A DNA stretch of 64,000 nucleotides from the human T2T-CHM13v2.0 reference genome, Homo sapiens, in assembly GCF_009914755.1 (NCBI RefSeq), contig NC_060929.1; one strand, 5' to 3'. Every line of letters begins with the position of its first letter. Within the stretch, counting starts at the first letter, position 1. Shown here one piece after another: positions 15,118 through 35,464 of the stretch. Below the pieces are notes generated by a model. The model did no database searches, had not been told where the DNA came from, and saw nothing but the letters and a program-made list of their open reading frames with translations. Position numbers and translations under genes: made by a program.

Positions 15118-15466
15118 GGCGTTCCTAAAGCCACCCCAAGCCCTGGTGATTCAGGAGGAGCAAGAGACCCGTGACCAGGTTCCCCCAGCCTCAGTCTGGG
15201 ACATGGGGAGTGAGGGAGAGAAAAACTGCAACAAATGCGCATACGTGCAATGTAATTGCCATGGAAGCAACAAAAGGGGATAAAAGGGTGGTGACTATGT
15301 GTGAGGGGCAGCTGGGTGCTTGTTAGCAAGGCCATCGATTTCCAGTTGCGGAGCACTTAACTGCTCGCTGGGCCCCGTGGCCCCTGCTTTTCACAAATGC
15401 TGTCTTTGCATCCTCAGGCAGACTCTAGGAGGAAAAGGTGTTTTTACAGAGGACGGCCTCCAGACA

Positions 15467-16468
15467 TTTGGACATTTCCAATGAGGCCTGAGGACCCTCT
15501 GACTTGGGAACTGTACTTCAGAAGAATGTGCCTTACAGGAATTACATCAGTGAAGGTCCAGAGTCAGGGAGCCGGTGGATGGAGCCCGTCACTGCCTGGC
15601 TCTAGGTGGATCTCACACGTTGAAGCTGCCGTGGCTGGGGCAGCTCCTCGTTTCTTCATCTAGTGCCTCCTAGCACTGGCTGGGCACTGAGTCACTTTCA
15701 GGAGATGTTGGCTGAATGAATGGATAAATGAATATATAATGCATGGATGGGAGGTTTAGGCTCCTGGCCAGTGTTTTCACAGCCAGTAAGTGGGGGCTCT
15801 TTTCAACAAACCGTACGACTCTTCTCCATGCCACGACAGAGCTACTTCCCACCCCGGTCCAGGATCAGCCTTTGGAAAAGGGTGGGCTTATCCAGGGTAG
15901 GACGGCTCTCAGCCTCGGCCAGGCCACGTGGATGATTTGGGCTGATTCACTTTGGATCCGCCCCTCCATTTGCTCCTCTGACTTCCTTGCCAGACTTTAC
16001 CATCCTGCTCCAGCCCCAGAGGCTGGCCTGTGTGGATTTCACTGACAGCTCTCTGTCCTGGTCTTCCTGTTTGGCTTGGCCAGTGGAAGGGCCTGGCAGG
16101 AGATTGAGGGCAAGAGGAGAGAGGGAGGTCTGGGTATTTAATCCCTAAGCCCCTCCTCCCCGATTGTTTTTACCAAAGGTGCCCTTTCTCACATGGTCTC
16201 TCTCAGGGTTCCTGAAGCCACTTTTCTGCTCAGGACAGTGACAGTCTTGCTGTTGCAAGCCCTGGGTACTACGCCATCCTCGGTGCTTCCTTAGCCCCGC
16301 CCACACCCGTATACATTGACCCTTTACTAAACTGTCTTCATGGACCCAGCTTGAGGGTGGCATCTGTTCGGTGCCAGGACCCTCACTCATGTAATTCCTG
16401 TAAGGCACATTCTTCTGAAGTACAGTCCCAAGCCAGAGGGTCCTGAGGCCTCATTGGAAATGTCCAAA
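15467..16468. repeat. Inverted repeat pair, arms 15467-15559 and 16377-16468
   Basis: Manual alignment gives 4 substitutions and 1 indel over ~92 bp. Confidence 0.9.
15950..16392 (+). mobile_element. ERVL-type solo LTR (LTR33/LTR16-like)
   Basis: ggcaggagattgaggggca...gaggtctgggtattta and 3' end catctgttcggtgccaggaccctcactcat. Confidence 0.6.
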
Positions 16469-17352
16469 GAAGTGAAGGTCTGCTTTTCCGTCCCTGCCAC
16501 ATCGTGCATTGCCTTATTAGGAGCCAAGCCTTCCTAAGAAGGCAGAAGCTAGAGGCCCTCTCTGAATCAGCCAGCTTCCTGGGTTTTTCCGGAGAGGCAG
16601 AGAGACCTGCCCCCAGCCACACCATGGGTGGCAGAGGTGGGTCCTGCTGGCTGTGTCCGTCTCCTCTGTCTGGGGAAGACAAAGGTCCCCCCACAACCAC
16701 CAGTAGCAGAAGATGCTATCCCTGCATCTTTACGTATCTTTCCTTTGTTTTACTTTTTTATTGTAGTAAAAAATACATAACATAAAATTTAACATTTCAA
16801 CCATGTTTAAAGCATACAGTTGAGTGGCATTAAGTACACTCACATTGTTGTGCAACTGTCACCACCATCCCTCTCCAGAACTTTCTCATCTTCCTAAACT
16901 GGAGCTCTGTCCCTATTAAACACTGAGTCCCCCCCCACTGCCCCCCAACCTCCTCCAGGCCTTGGCAACCATTGTTCTACTTTCCATCTCTATGAGTTTG
17001 ACTATGCTAGGTACTTCATATGAGTGGAAACACACAATGTTTGTCTTTTTGTGTCTGGCTTATTTCACTCGGCATAATGTCCTCAAAGCTCATCCATGTT
17101 GTAGCATGTGTCAGAATTTCCTTTTTATGGCTGAATAATATTCCATTATATGTATATAGCACTTTTTCTTTATCCATTCATCTGTCAACAGTCACTTGGG
17201 TTGTTTTCATCTTTTGGCTATTCTGAATAATGCTGCTGTGAACATTGGTATAAAAATATCTGTTCAAGTCCCTGGTTTCAATTCTTTTGTGCATATACCA
17301 AGAAATGGAATTGCTGGATCATGTGATACTTCTATGTTTAATTTTTTTTTGA

Positions 17353-18076
<724 letters not shown>

Positions 18077-18564
18077 TGTTTTTATTTCTTTATTCGTTCA
18101 TTTGTTTTTGATAATAACCATTCTAATGGATGTGAAATGGAATCTCATTGTGGTTTCGATTTGCATTCCTCTAATGATGAGTGATGTTCAGCATCTTTTC
18201 ATGTGCTTGTTGGCCATTTGTTTATCTTCTTTGGAGAAGTGTCTATTCAAGTCCTTTGTGCATTTTAAAATTGTGTTATTGGTTTTTTTCTTCTTACCTT
18301 TCTATATCACCCATTTACCTCCTAGACAACTTGGGCTTTTCTGAGTGTCCACCATAGTTTTTGGAGAACTGAATTGTGGGCTGGTGATGCAGTTTAGGCT
18401 GGCTGTTCAGACTGGAAAGATCCATTTAGGCTCTGCTTGGGAGAACTGCAGATTATCTGCTGATAAAAATCTCAACCCAGATGGTCACTACAATTCACTG
18501 GAACTGGACTAGTTCCTTGTCACAAACACAAAACACTTCTGCAAATTCGAGTTCATCAGGGAGC

Positions 18565-18667
18565 CCAAACCTAAGGGAGAACTCGAATGGAAGAGAAATC
18601 CCACTTGGAATTCAAATAGGATTCCAAGTGGGATTTCTCTTCCATTCGAGTTCTCCCTTAGGTTTGG
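18565..18667. repeat. Perfect inverted repeat, 47-bp arms with a 9-nt spacer
   Basis: 18565-18611 is the exact reverse complement of 18621-18667. Confidence 0.97.
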
Positions 18668-18687
18668 ACAAGGATTCCTTTTAGACT

Positions 18688-18981
18688 CTATATAGTCTAA
18701 AAAGAGGAGGGACCCTTCGTTCCAGAAATCCCTGCCCCTTTCTTAGAAAACTCGTGAATAATCCACCCCTTGTTTAGCACGTGATCAAGAAATAACCATA
18801 AATATACTTAGACTCGAGCATCCCATGCCAGGGCTCTGCCTATGGGGTAGCCATTCTTTATTCCTTTACTATCTTAATCAACTTGCTTTCACTTTATTCT
18901 ATGGACTTGCCCCAAATTATTTCTTGCATGAGGTCCAAGAACCCTCTCTTGAGGTTTTAATCGAGACCTTTTCCGGTAACA
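18688..18981 (+). mobile_element. MER41 (ERV1) LTR, 3' half only
   Basis: gaataatccaccccttgtttagca, ctctgcctatggggtagccattcttt, and terminus tccaagaaccctctctt...ttccggtaaca. Confidence 0.8.
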
Positions 18982-20308
18982 TCACCGACATGCCTTGGCA
19001 TAAGCTGCTCATTTCCCCACCTTGTCTGCTGGTGAACTCTCATTCAGCCTTCAAAGTCCATACTGAATGTCACTAATATCACTTCCTGTAGGAAGCCCTG
19101 ACTCCCAGATGGGTAATTGTCTCCCCCCCACCCAGCTGCCACTGTGCCTTGTCCCAGCTGTCATTCTGGGCTGTGATTGTTTTCTTAATATCCAACTCCT
19201 TTGCCAGACTCCAAGCTCCCAAGGAGCCGGAATGGCCTTATTTGTCTCAAGTTTCCCACCTTTGGCACAGAATTAGCAAAGAGAGGCCCCAAAGAGATGC
19301 TGTGGGCTGAATGAACTCATCTCTATCTCATGAACTCTAACCTAAGTCCTCAGGGACATTAATTGAACCTCCAGGGCCAGGCTTGCTGTTGCCCCTGCCC
19401 ATTCCCCAGACCTCTTCACGCCATTTCCCTGTTTCACACTGTTCTGGGAGCACTGACACTTCCCCTGATTGAGGTGTGGAGTGTAGAAGGTGGAAAAGGA
19501 GGTAAATATTCCACCTTAGCTGACTTCATTCCTCTAAATTTCTGTTCTAGAAGTGCATTTTGCAGGCTCGAGAGCTGTAGACCATAGAAAATCAATGCTG
19601 GAGCCAACGGACCGCAGAATTCCACATGGCAGGTTTATTTGTGATCAGGACCACATGTTCAAGGGGCATTGAGTCCATCGACCTGAATCAGCTTCTGCTC
19701 TTTTCATGATTTCGGCGTCTGCCTGGCTGGCAGGCTGCACTTCTCCCAAATCCCAAGTCCCCAGGACAGATAGCCAGACCCAGGGAGCTGAGGTCTGCTC
19801 CTTCTTTTCCTTTCTCCATCCACAGTCTCTGGGAAGAAGCTGGGCTTGGAAAGAGATTCCCTCCGTGACTGCTGTCTGATTGGCTGGCATTGCGGGGTGG
19901 TCATAACTAATGTGGCCACGCTTTCTAATGCTCAGTGGCCCGGCACACGTGGTCCTGAGAAACAGACCACAGGCTATAAGAAAGCAGGCCTTATGGCAAA
20001 ATTCCAGGTGCCCAGGTTGCAGGGCAGAGCCTTGTGGGTGGGGAGGAGGTTGAGTGATGTGATAGCTCAGGGACAGGGAGAAAGAGACCTCAGCCTCCTT
20101 CATTCCATCTTCTCTCTCTTTCCTGGCTGCCAATTGTATCTTCCTAAAGGGAAGCTCTGTGGATCCTCCCCTGCTCAGAAACTCTCACTTTGCTCCTACC
20201 ACTCACACGTGTTCATGAGCTTTAGGTTGGCATTCAAGGTTTCCATGACCTTGTTCCTTCAGTACTCCCGTCATGTGTACCTACTTTGTGTTTATAAATT
20301 GTGCATCT

Positions 20309-20631
<323 letters not shown>

Positions 20632-21165
20632 TCAAAGGGATGTGCGTGTTGTAATATAGCTTTTCTTGAGCACGAACCAATCGCTGTCTATAGCACCACA
20701 TAGTTTATATCAGTTTCTGTATCTAATATGCCCAAGAAGTCTGCAGTGTGCATAGTATTTTTCCCATTCCAGTGAGAAAATCGAGGCTTAGAGAAGTTGC
20801 CCAAGGTTGTAACACAGGAAAATTGTGGAGCTGGGATTTGAACTCAGATCTGTCTGGCTGCTTGACTTATGTTCTTTCCATGGAGGCAAGATTTCCCTTG
20901 AGGACAGGGACTAGTGTCCACTGTCCTCCATGATGTAGGTGGGAATGAATACAAAACTAGGAAGACACCAGCCCCTGTCCTCTAAGCTGTTCTCTATCAC
21001 TAGCCAGATGGGTCTTTCGAAAAGGCAAGTCAGATCATATTCCCCACCCCCACCCCACCTTTGCTTAAAATGCTCCAGTGACTTCCTGTTGCACTTAGAA
21101 TAAAGAGAAAGTCCTCACCACAGCTTCCAAGGCCCAGCAGGAACTAGCCTCTCGTGACCTGTTGA

Positions 21166-21633
<468 letters not shown>

Positions 21634-22138
21634 TGAGGCCTTCCCTAAAGTAGCTCCCCGACCTCCCTGTGTATTTCCTTCACAGCACTTATTGCTGTTG
21701 TCATCCTTTTCTTGTTTCTCTCCCAACTAGAACTCCCCTTGAGGGCAGTCCAGTCTGTCTCATTAGTTTTTATCACCCAATGCCGGCACAGTGCCAGCAG
21801 GCTCTTAGTAAATAGTTGTTGAATACGTGGATGGGTGTCTTTTCCACAAGAAGGGCAGGGACCCTTCTATCCCACAGTATCTGGTTTCTGGTGTGCTCAG
21901 CAAATCTTTGTTGAATGGATGGATGGGTGAAAGAATGAATGAGAAAATCATGAATGGACGTGTGCACGTATGAAAGATCATATTGATCACAAAAGAGTTT
22001 TGGCTTATGTTTCATGTCAATGGGCATATACTCCAGTAGTCTCTGCGGTGTCCAAGCCTGGTGACTCTCATCTTGTTCACAGAAGCCTGGAGATACCTGC
22101 AGAAAGACTAAGGGTGCTTGAAAGATGGAGGTAACCAA

Positions 22139-22320
22139 CACAAAAAGTTAGCCGGGCGTGGTGCCGGGCGCCTGTAGTCCCAGCTATTCAGGAGGCTGAG
22201 GCAGGAGAATGGCGTGAACCCAGAAGGCAGAGCTCGCAGTGAGCCGAGATCGCGCCACTGCACTCCAGCCTGGGCGACACAGCTAGACTCCGTCTCAAAA
22301 AAAAAAAAAAAAAAAAAAAA
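22139..22320 (+). mobile_element. 5'-truncated AluY (right arm)
   Basis: ggagaatggcgtgaaccc diagnostic, CpGs retained, long A tail. Confidence 0.88.
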
Positions 22321-22619
22321 AGATACAGGTTACCAACCTTTGAGCGGCTTGGGTGCATTTCCTTATTCAGCCACAAGGTGGCAGCCTGCCATGGCCGCCA
22401 TGGCACCGCCTCCCGCAAGGAGCAACAATTAATGTTTAATAATTGCTCCCCAGTGCTTCCCATGCCCCGCATTTCCTGGGGAATCTAACTGCTTTGTTAC
22501 CCCATGAGTTTGTTCCGTTGACTATAAGGGTTATGGTTCAGCCTTTCCTACTCAGAGAAAGTGCTTCGGAACATGATCCAAAAGTGCAGTAATTATGTTC
22601 GCCAGGTCAGCAAGTCTTT

Positions 22620-23200
22620 ACAGAGTGCCTGACGCGTGCCAGGCACTGTGCTGTGTGAGGTGCTTGGGATACATCAGTGAACTAAACAGGTGAAGATTCA
22701 TTTTCTTGTGGCACTCACATTCTAACAGGGAAGTCAGGCAATAAGCGATAAATATAACCCATAAGGAAATTGAACAGCCTGTTAAAAGGTGATGAACACG
22801 ATACCGCTGTGAACGCAACAAACACGACGCAGGGATAAGGGGGACGGGGAGGCTGGGGTGGGGAGAATAGGAGGCAGCTTAAAATAGGGTAGAAGGTGAC
22901 ATTTGAGTAAAGACTAGAAGGAGGTGAGGGAGTGAGCCGAGCAGGCGCCTGGGGGAAGAGCCTTCCAGAAGGCAGGAACAGTCAGTGCAGAGGCCCAAAG
23001 GTGGGAATGTGGCTGGCAGGTCTGAGGAAGAAAAAGGAGGTCAGTGTGGCTGGAGTGGAGTGACAAGAGGAAAGAGAAGCAGGACATACGGGGACAGAGA
23101 GGCACCAGGGCACGTGGAACTTTGCAGGGATCGTGGGAACGCTGGCGTTGACTCTGAGGGAATTGGAGCGTGAGGAGCAGGACGACCTAACTTCTGTTTT
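22620..23200 (-). mobile_element. L2 LINE fragment
   Basis: gtgccaggcactgtgct; gaaggtgacatttgagtaaagac; cagtgtggctggagtggagtg. Confidence 0.7.
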
Positions 23201-24669
23201 GGAGAGCTCGCTCCGTCTAGGATAGATGCCAGCTCTCCTGGGCATGGGCCTGGATCGCAGTCTTCCACCCCCTACCACTCTGAGTGGGTCCTGTGACTTG
23301 CTTGGCCACTGAAATGTGAAGAGAAACAAAGTGCTTCCCCTCCAGGCAGGAGGACCCAATGGGCAACTTTGCCTCTATTCTGTGCCTGGCAGTGCTCCAG
23401 ATGGCATCAGTCTGGGTCTGGGAGGGACAATGAGGAACAGAAGCCCCCTGCAGACATGTGCCGAATGTGTGAGCAAAACCTTTGTTGGCTCAGTGACTGG
23501 GCTTTTGATATTATTTTTTACTGCAGCCTAGCCTATCCTATCCTGATTGCTAGAGGCAAGCGTAGAACGGGGCAGCCTGCTAGGAGGTTACTGCAATGGT
23601 CCAGCTGAGAGATGATGGTGGCCCACACCAGGCATTAGCAGTGGAGATGCTGAGATGGGGCTGGATTCTAGATATGACGAATTTTACCTTGTTGGATGCT
23701 GGATATTTTTATAGTCATATAAATATTCTCGAGCTTTGTTCTGGAATGCAGTAAAGCTATTTGGAAATGGCTTGATTCTTTCGGATCTTCTCTTTATATT
23801 TTGTTAGGCAAGATGAGAGCTGCATTTAATCTAGGGCCAACTTTTCCCCACTACTGAGGCAAGATCCTTCTGAGTAATCTGACTGATGCCCTGTGAGTTA
23901 TGAGTTATGACCTTCCCATTCTTGCCGTAGGAGAGAACCACTATTCCTGGCCAAGTGTGAGCTTTTTGAGGATTTGGCTGTAATCTTTAAAGGTGGTTCT
24001 TTCCCTGGCATGCTGAAGTTGATAAAAATACACTGAAGTTGATAAAATACACTGTTTCATAGTTTTTCTGAGAATTCCAACTTCTGGAATTCTATAGGCC
24101 TGTTTCTAATGTCTATTGTTTCTGCTGTTTCTAATTCATTTTGTCTTCTATCTTTTTTTTTTTCCTGGATACTTTATTGAAAAAGCATTTATTGAAATAG
24201 TTTGAGGCCTAATGACATTATCTTCCCTCAGAAAGGGTTTTGGGACCCTATGGCCTAAGTTCCAGGCTTGATGCTATAAAACCAAACCACAGTCTATTCC
24301 ATGGCTGGCTTCTTTCTGATTTGCCCTTATTTCTAGAAGGCAGCCTGCCAGAGTCCCAGCCCAAAAGGTGGAGGTGGTTTACTAAGATCTCAGCCCTTGA
24401 CAGTCCCTAGTTCTAAATTGTGCCCACCTAGCACTTTGAGGCTGACAAGAGGGCAATTCAGCCTCTCAAGTGGTCAGATTGACAAATGCCTCCAGTGAAA
24501 ACTGGTCCTGAGTTCTTTGGTCACCAATTAGGGTTCCTTGCCTGGGGACACAAATGTGAGTTTTTTGATGATTTGGGGACATTAAAAAATATCTTTCAGC
24601 CTTTTTACTTATTTTACTATATAATCTACCATTAGTGTCATATATGCATTTTTATTTATTTGCTTATTT

Positions 24670-24811
<142 letters not shown>

Positions 24812-25281
24812 TAAACAGATACTGTGTTGCACTTACCCTGTGCCTGGGCCAGATACTTCTAAGCACTCTACATATAACCACTCAATCCTCACGACAGGAC
24901 TATCAGGTAGGTACTATTTTTTCCCCCATTTTGCAGACAAGGAAATGAAGTACAGAGAGATTCAATACTCACGAAAGCTGGTAAGTGGCAGAACCAGGAT
25001 TTGAACCAAAGCAGTCTGCAGAGTTCACGCACTTGTGTCCCTGGCTGTTTATAAACTTATGTTCACAACCTGTGATGGGTGCTGTGAAGGCATAGGAGGC
25101 CAGTCCGGCCTGTTGGCTGCCCTGAAAAGGTCATATTTAAGTGGAGAACTGATGGGTAAGTGTGACTGACTTAATCATGGGATTGGGTGGCAGATCAAGG
25201 GAACAGCATGTGCAAAGGTCCTGAGGTGGCCATTCAAGGAATGGTGAGAAGGCCTCAGAGGAGGAGTGTGGTGTAAGATAA

Positions 25282-25664
<383 letters not shown>

Positions 25665-26814
25665 CAACTTTAGAGGATTTTTAAGAGAGCAGTGATGGTC
25701 AGATAAATAGGCCCACACTGTGTATGCCTAGGCCTTAAAGCAGAATTAAATCCCTGGGGTAAAAGAGGTTTGTGACTCTTAGTTCACCGTCACCCCAGGT
25801 CACACCAGAGAAAGCTTAAGATCACTGGGGTGAGGATTTCTTTGAAGAGAGTTTTTGGGGTGATACATTTCTCTTTCTCTTCTCTTGGTTCTCTCCCTCC
25901 CTCTTGCAGATCAAAAAAGGGGTGGCCTTCAAGACAACTGCTCGTAGAAAGTAGGGAGTCAGCCAGCAGGGAAACTGACACTTTCGTCATTGCCCTCCAA
26001 TCCACCCCACGTTCGTTGAGTTACAGACCCTGGAGGGCTCCAGTAGCGTGGATGCTCATTGCGGGGGAGGGGGGAATTGGGGGCGGGGGTGGAGCCAAAG
26101 CCACTGGATTCTGTCTGTGCTCTGGAAAACGGAGGGCCATGGTGGGCTGGAGCCACCCATGAGGGCACAGCCAAGTGAGAGGACTCAGAAGACAGTGGCC
26201 TCACTTCCAGAATCTGGCCAGGCAAAAGTGCCAGCAGTTCCTTTGGGTCAAGTGCGGGCTGGGAACGTGGCTGGGCTGGAGCCACCTGGAAGCACATGGC
26301 CGGAAGACAAGTGCCCTCCAAGGGCTCTGTGCCCGGCCATGCCTGTTGGAAAGAGGCCAAGAAGTGGACCTTCAGAGCAGGGTATAAGGGGAAGCATAGA
26401 GACAGATGCCGGGGAGTGGGTAGGACAGGGCCTTAGTAGGGGACAAAGTCTGGAAGGCCTTACCAAGCTTCAGGGAGAAAGAGCTACAGATTTTCCAGAG
26501 ACCTGACAGTGGCTTTGAAGACAGTGGTGGAGTCAAATCCTGCTTGTCCCCTAATGAGTCTCTGCTCCTTTAATATTCAGGTACAGGCAGCCAGCTCAGG
26601 TCCGAGCAAAAAGTGAGGTGGGTGCAGCCAGATGTCACTCTCTTTTTCCTTGGAGCAAATTTCCATAGCTTGCTGTCTTCTACTTCCACTCATTTCCCTG
26701 CAAGAGGGAAGGTCTATTGCAAAATTTCTGCTCAGTATCCCCAGATTTCTAACTACTTCTTCAGTCTCATTTTCCATTAGAATCTTTCAGTTCAAGAATA
26801 CTGAAATATCTTTA

Positions 26815-30370
<3,556 letters not shown>

Positions 30371-30530
30371 TCTAGAACAAGGTTCTTTTCATTTTGTACC
30401 TATTGAAACCCTCAAATGATTACTTCACCTGCTGGGTTCTTGGGAGGATTCAAGATGAGGCACAGAAAGTGTAGAGCAAACAGTAAGTGCTCAAATAAAG
30501 GTCAAGAGGAGAAAGAGATGTTGCAATTCT

Positions 30531-30873
<343 letters not shown>

Positions 30874-31099
30874 TAGTAGTTAATTCCCTGTTCATTCAAG
30901 CTACTGCTAGATAACAGTAGGTCTGAGGTTTTGAATTATTGATAAGTACTATTTTATCTTCCCTGACATAAACTTGTTTGAGCTTTCTGTCTGATTTCTC
31001 TTCCTGTCCCGCTCCCTCATGTAAATGACAACCATTTTGATTGAGCACCTTCTGTGTGCCAAATGTATACTCCAGCCTTGCTTCCATCTCTCATACACG

Positions 31100-31850
<751 letters not shown>

Positions 31851-32821
31851 TTCTTCTTTAAATCCTGCTCTCCTCAGGGGGCTTAGGTTTAAGAAGGAAA
31901 AGTCTTGCTTCAAATCTCCCAGGGGCAGGGAAGCCCAGAGTCAGCTCCCTGGTTGAATGTGGGGAGAAAAATATTTCTGCTAGGAGGAAACAGGAACTCA
32001 GGTGTAGACATGTGTTTCTGGCCTCATGGGCTTAGATGGTTTCTGCTAAGCCTAACCAGGGCCTTAATGTCAGGAATGGGAGACCTTACTAGAGAACCAA
32101 GGTTCAGAGAAGGGAAATGCGTGGTCCAAGGTAACACAGCCAGCAAGGGCTAAACCTGGATTCCAAAACATAGTTATTTAGTTTAGGAGAGTCATTTTAT
32201 GCTGAGAAGGAGGATAGTATCATTTATACTGATGCTGTGAGTCAGTCACAGGCCTTTCTGTGCTGAAAAACAGTGCAACAAAATAGGCAAAGCAGAAGAA
32301 AGACATGGAAATAAACCTAAGAGGGGGGCAGCTTGCTAAACCTCCATCCCATTCTTTGCTAAATAGACAAGAAATAAATCCAAGCATGGAGCAATGTTCT
32401 TGGCCATTTTAGAGCAGTGAATGAGCTCAATGGGCCCTCCTCTGCCCAGCGTACATCTGCAGGTCTGTCGGTCTTTTGCGCACAACTGGGATGTTTATTA
32501 CACTGCTATGAGCTCCATGGATCTCAAGGGAAGAGCCCCTGAAATGGAGGACTTTAATTATAAACGAGCCCAAGCTTAGGAATCAGAGTTAAATTGAAAT
32601 CCAAGCCCCATGCCTCTGGTTGTGTGACTGTAGGCAAGTTATTGAACATCTCTGAGCCTTAGTTTCCTTGTCAGTAAAAAGAGGATCACAAAAGACATAT
32701 CTTGCAGGGTCCCGGGGACTGAATGAGAGAATTCATGGAAAGGGCTCAGCATAGATCCGTGTATACAGCAAGCCCTCAGTGGATGGTGGCTGTTACCATT
32801 GGAGCTATAAGGTGGAGTTAA

Positions 32822-33177
<356 letters not shown>

Positions 33178-34004
33178 AAGAATAAATCTTTATGGTGCCC
33201 ACGGGCCAGGTGCAAAGATGGACTCTATCTGAAGCCACTAAGAAAAGTCAAATTAAATACAAAAGGCAGAAAGTGTATTGTCCATGTCCATTGACCACAA
33301 AGCAATGAAATCAAGATATGTATACCACGGTTTAAGTTGAAAGCAAAAAACCCAGCTACTTAGGAATGAAAAACAACAGCAACATCAAAAGCATTCTTCT
33401 AAATGGATCTTGGACCCAAGAGGAAATCAGTAAATGTACTCTTATTGTAATTAAGAAGCTGTTGGCATTTCTGCTTAGGATCCCAGGGCCTAGAGGTCCC
33501 TCTGTTCACTGGCGTCTGGCTGCCCTAGGGCTGTCTTCTTTTCTTAGCAGAGTTAAGGACAGATGTGAAGGTTCCTGCAGGTGCTGAGATGTGCAGGAGG
33601 ATCTGGGGATGAAGTCCAAAGCAGACGGGCTGCCTGGGCGTGGGGCCAGGAGCGACAGTGACTGTGGCTGTGGCAGTGGCCCTCATTGTGAAGTTGATCA
33701 AAAGGAAAGTGGATCCAGGAAGATATAGGCTTTACAAATGGATGCGTGAAATGGAACTGGGGATAATTGGGAAGTCCTAAATGGAAATGGAGATCAATAT
33801 GTGTTGCTTTGATTTGAATGGGCCAGGAGACCAGAGAATAGAATCAGGCATAGAACATCAAGATACAGAATGGAAAGCAAGTAGAAAAGGCATGAAAAAT
33901 GGAAGAAAAAGAATTAATATGTTAGAGTAAAAGGGAAAAGGAACAATTTAATAAGAGAAAGATTAATCATTAAGCTGTTTTTTATTTAATTAATTAATTA
34001 ATTA

Positions 34005-34274
<270 letters not shown>

Positions 34275-35032
34275 ATTAAACTGTATTTTAAAGCAAGCTA
34301 GCACAGACAGACAATGTAACAAATCGAATGAAGAGTTGAAAGATGGATGACTGAGTTAAAAGGTGGTAAGTAACGAGGGAGGCAGGACTGCCCCGCACTG
34401 CTTAGGTTTTCACACTGGCAGGAAATGTAAGTAGTGGAAAGAACATTTGTGTAAATGTGTTTTGTGAGTTAGACTGAATGTAGAGGAAAGCAGGCAGTGA
34501 AGGCCGTGTTGACAGGCAATTGAGATGCATTTGTAACTGAAGTCCAGACAGGGATCCCGGAGTAGCAGAGAGCTTGCAGGAAGAGGCGAGATGTAATTGT
34601 GGCTAGCGATAATGGGGTTTTACAAGAATGCTGAATGATTGGAGTGAGGAACTTTTTATCCTTCATAAAACAACTGTGAGATTACATTGGAAACAAATCA
34701 TTGTGGGGCAAAAAGAAACATCAAGTACATGGTATTTCCTAGAGAATTATGGCAAAATCTTGTTTGATGTGATGATTATAAGAGATCTGAACCAACTCTT
34801 AGGCATGCAGTAGCTACTGTAGCTTTCATTTGTTGTCCAACATTAACTGTGTGCTATGTGCCTGGCATGATGGCCATCATAATAATAGATAATACTTAAC
34901 TAGCACCTGCTGAGCTCTGATTGAAGCTCTGTACATATCTTAGCTTATTTACATTGTCAGGGAGGTGCTATTATTCCTCCCATTTCACAGATGGGGAAAC
35001 TGAGGCATAAAAGAGTTAAATAATTGCACAAG

Positions 35033-35128
35033 GCAGGGCCAGGATTAAGGTGAGCTGAGTAAGATATTTGTCTCAGATGCAAAATTAAAAGGGGTGCCCC
35101 CCTAAGACTCTAATTAAGATAAAAAATA
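35033..35128. mobile_element. MER96-like hAT-Tip100 fragment
   Basis: cagggccaggattaaggtgag...tcagatgcaaaattaaaaggggtgcc. Confidence 0.55.
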
Positions 35129-35137
35129 CAGTAAGGC

Positions 35138-35464
<327 letters not shown>

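Noticed and set aside
15467-16468. Novel DNA transposon with 92-bp terminal inverted repeats
   Set aside because: No TSD seen, the arms include the end of an unrelated LTR, and the interior is ordinary older sequence.
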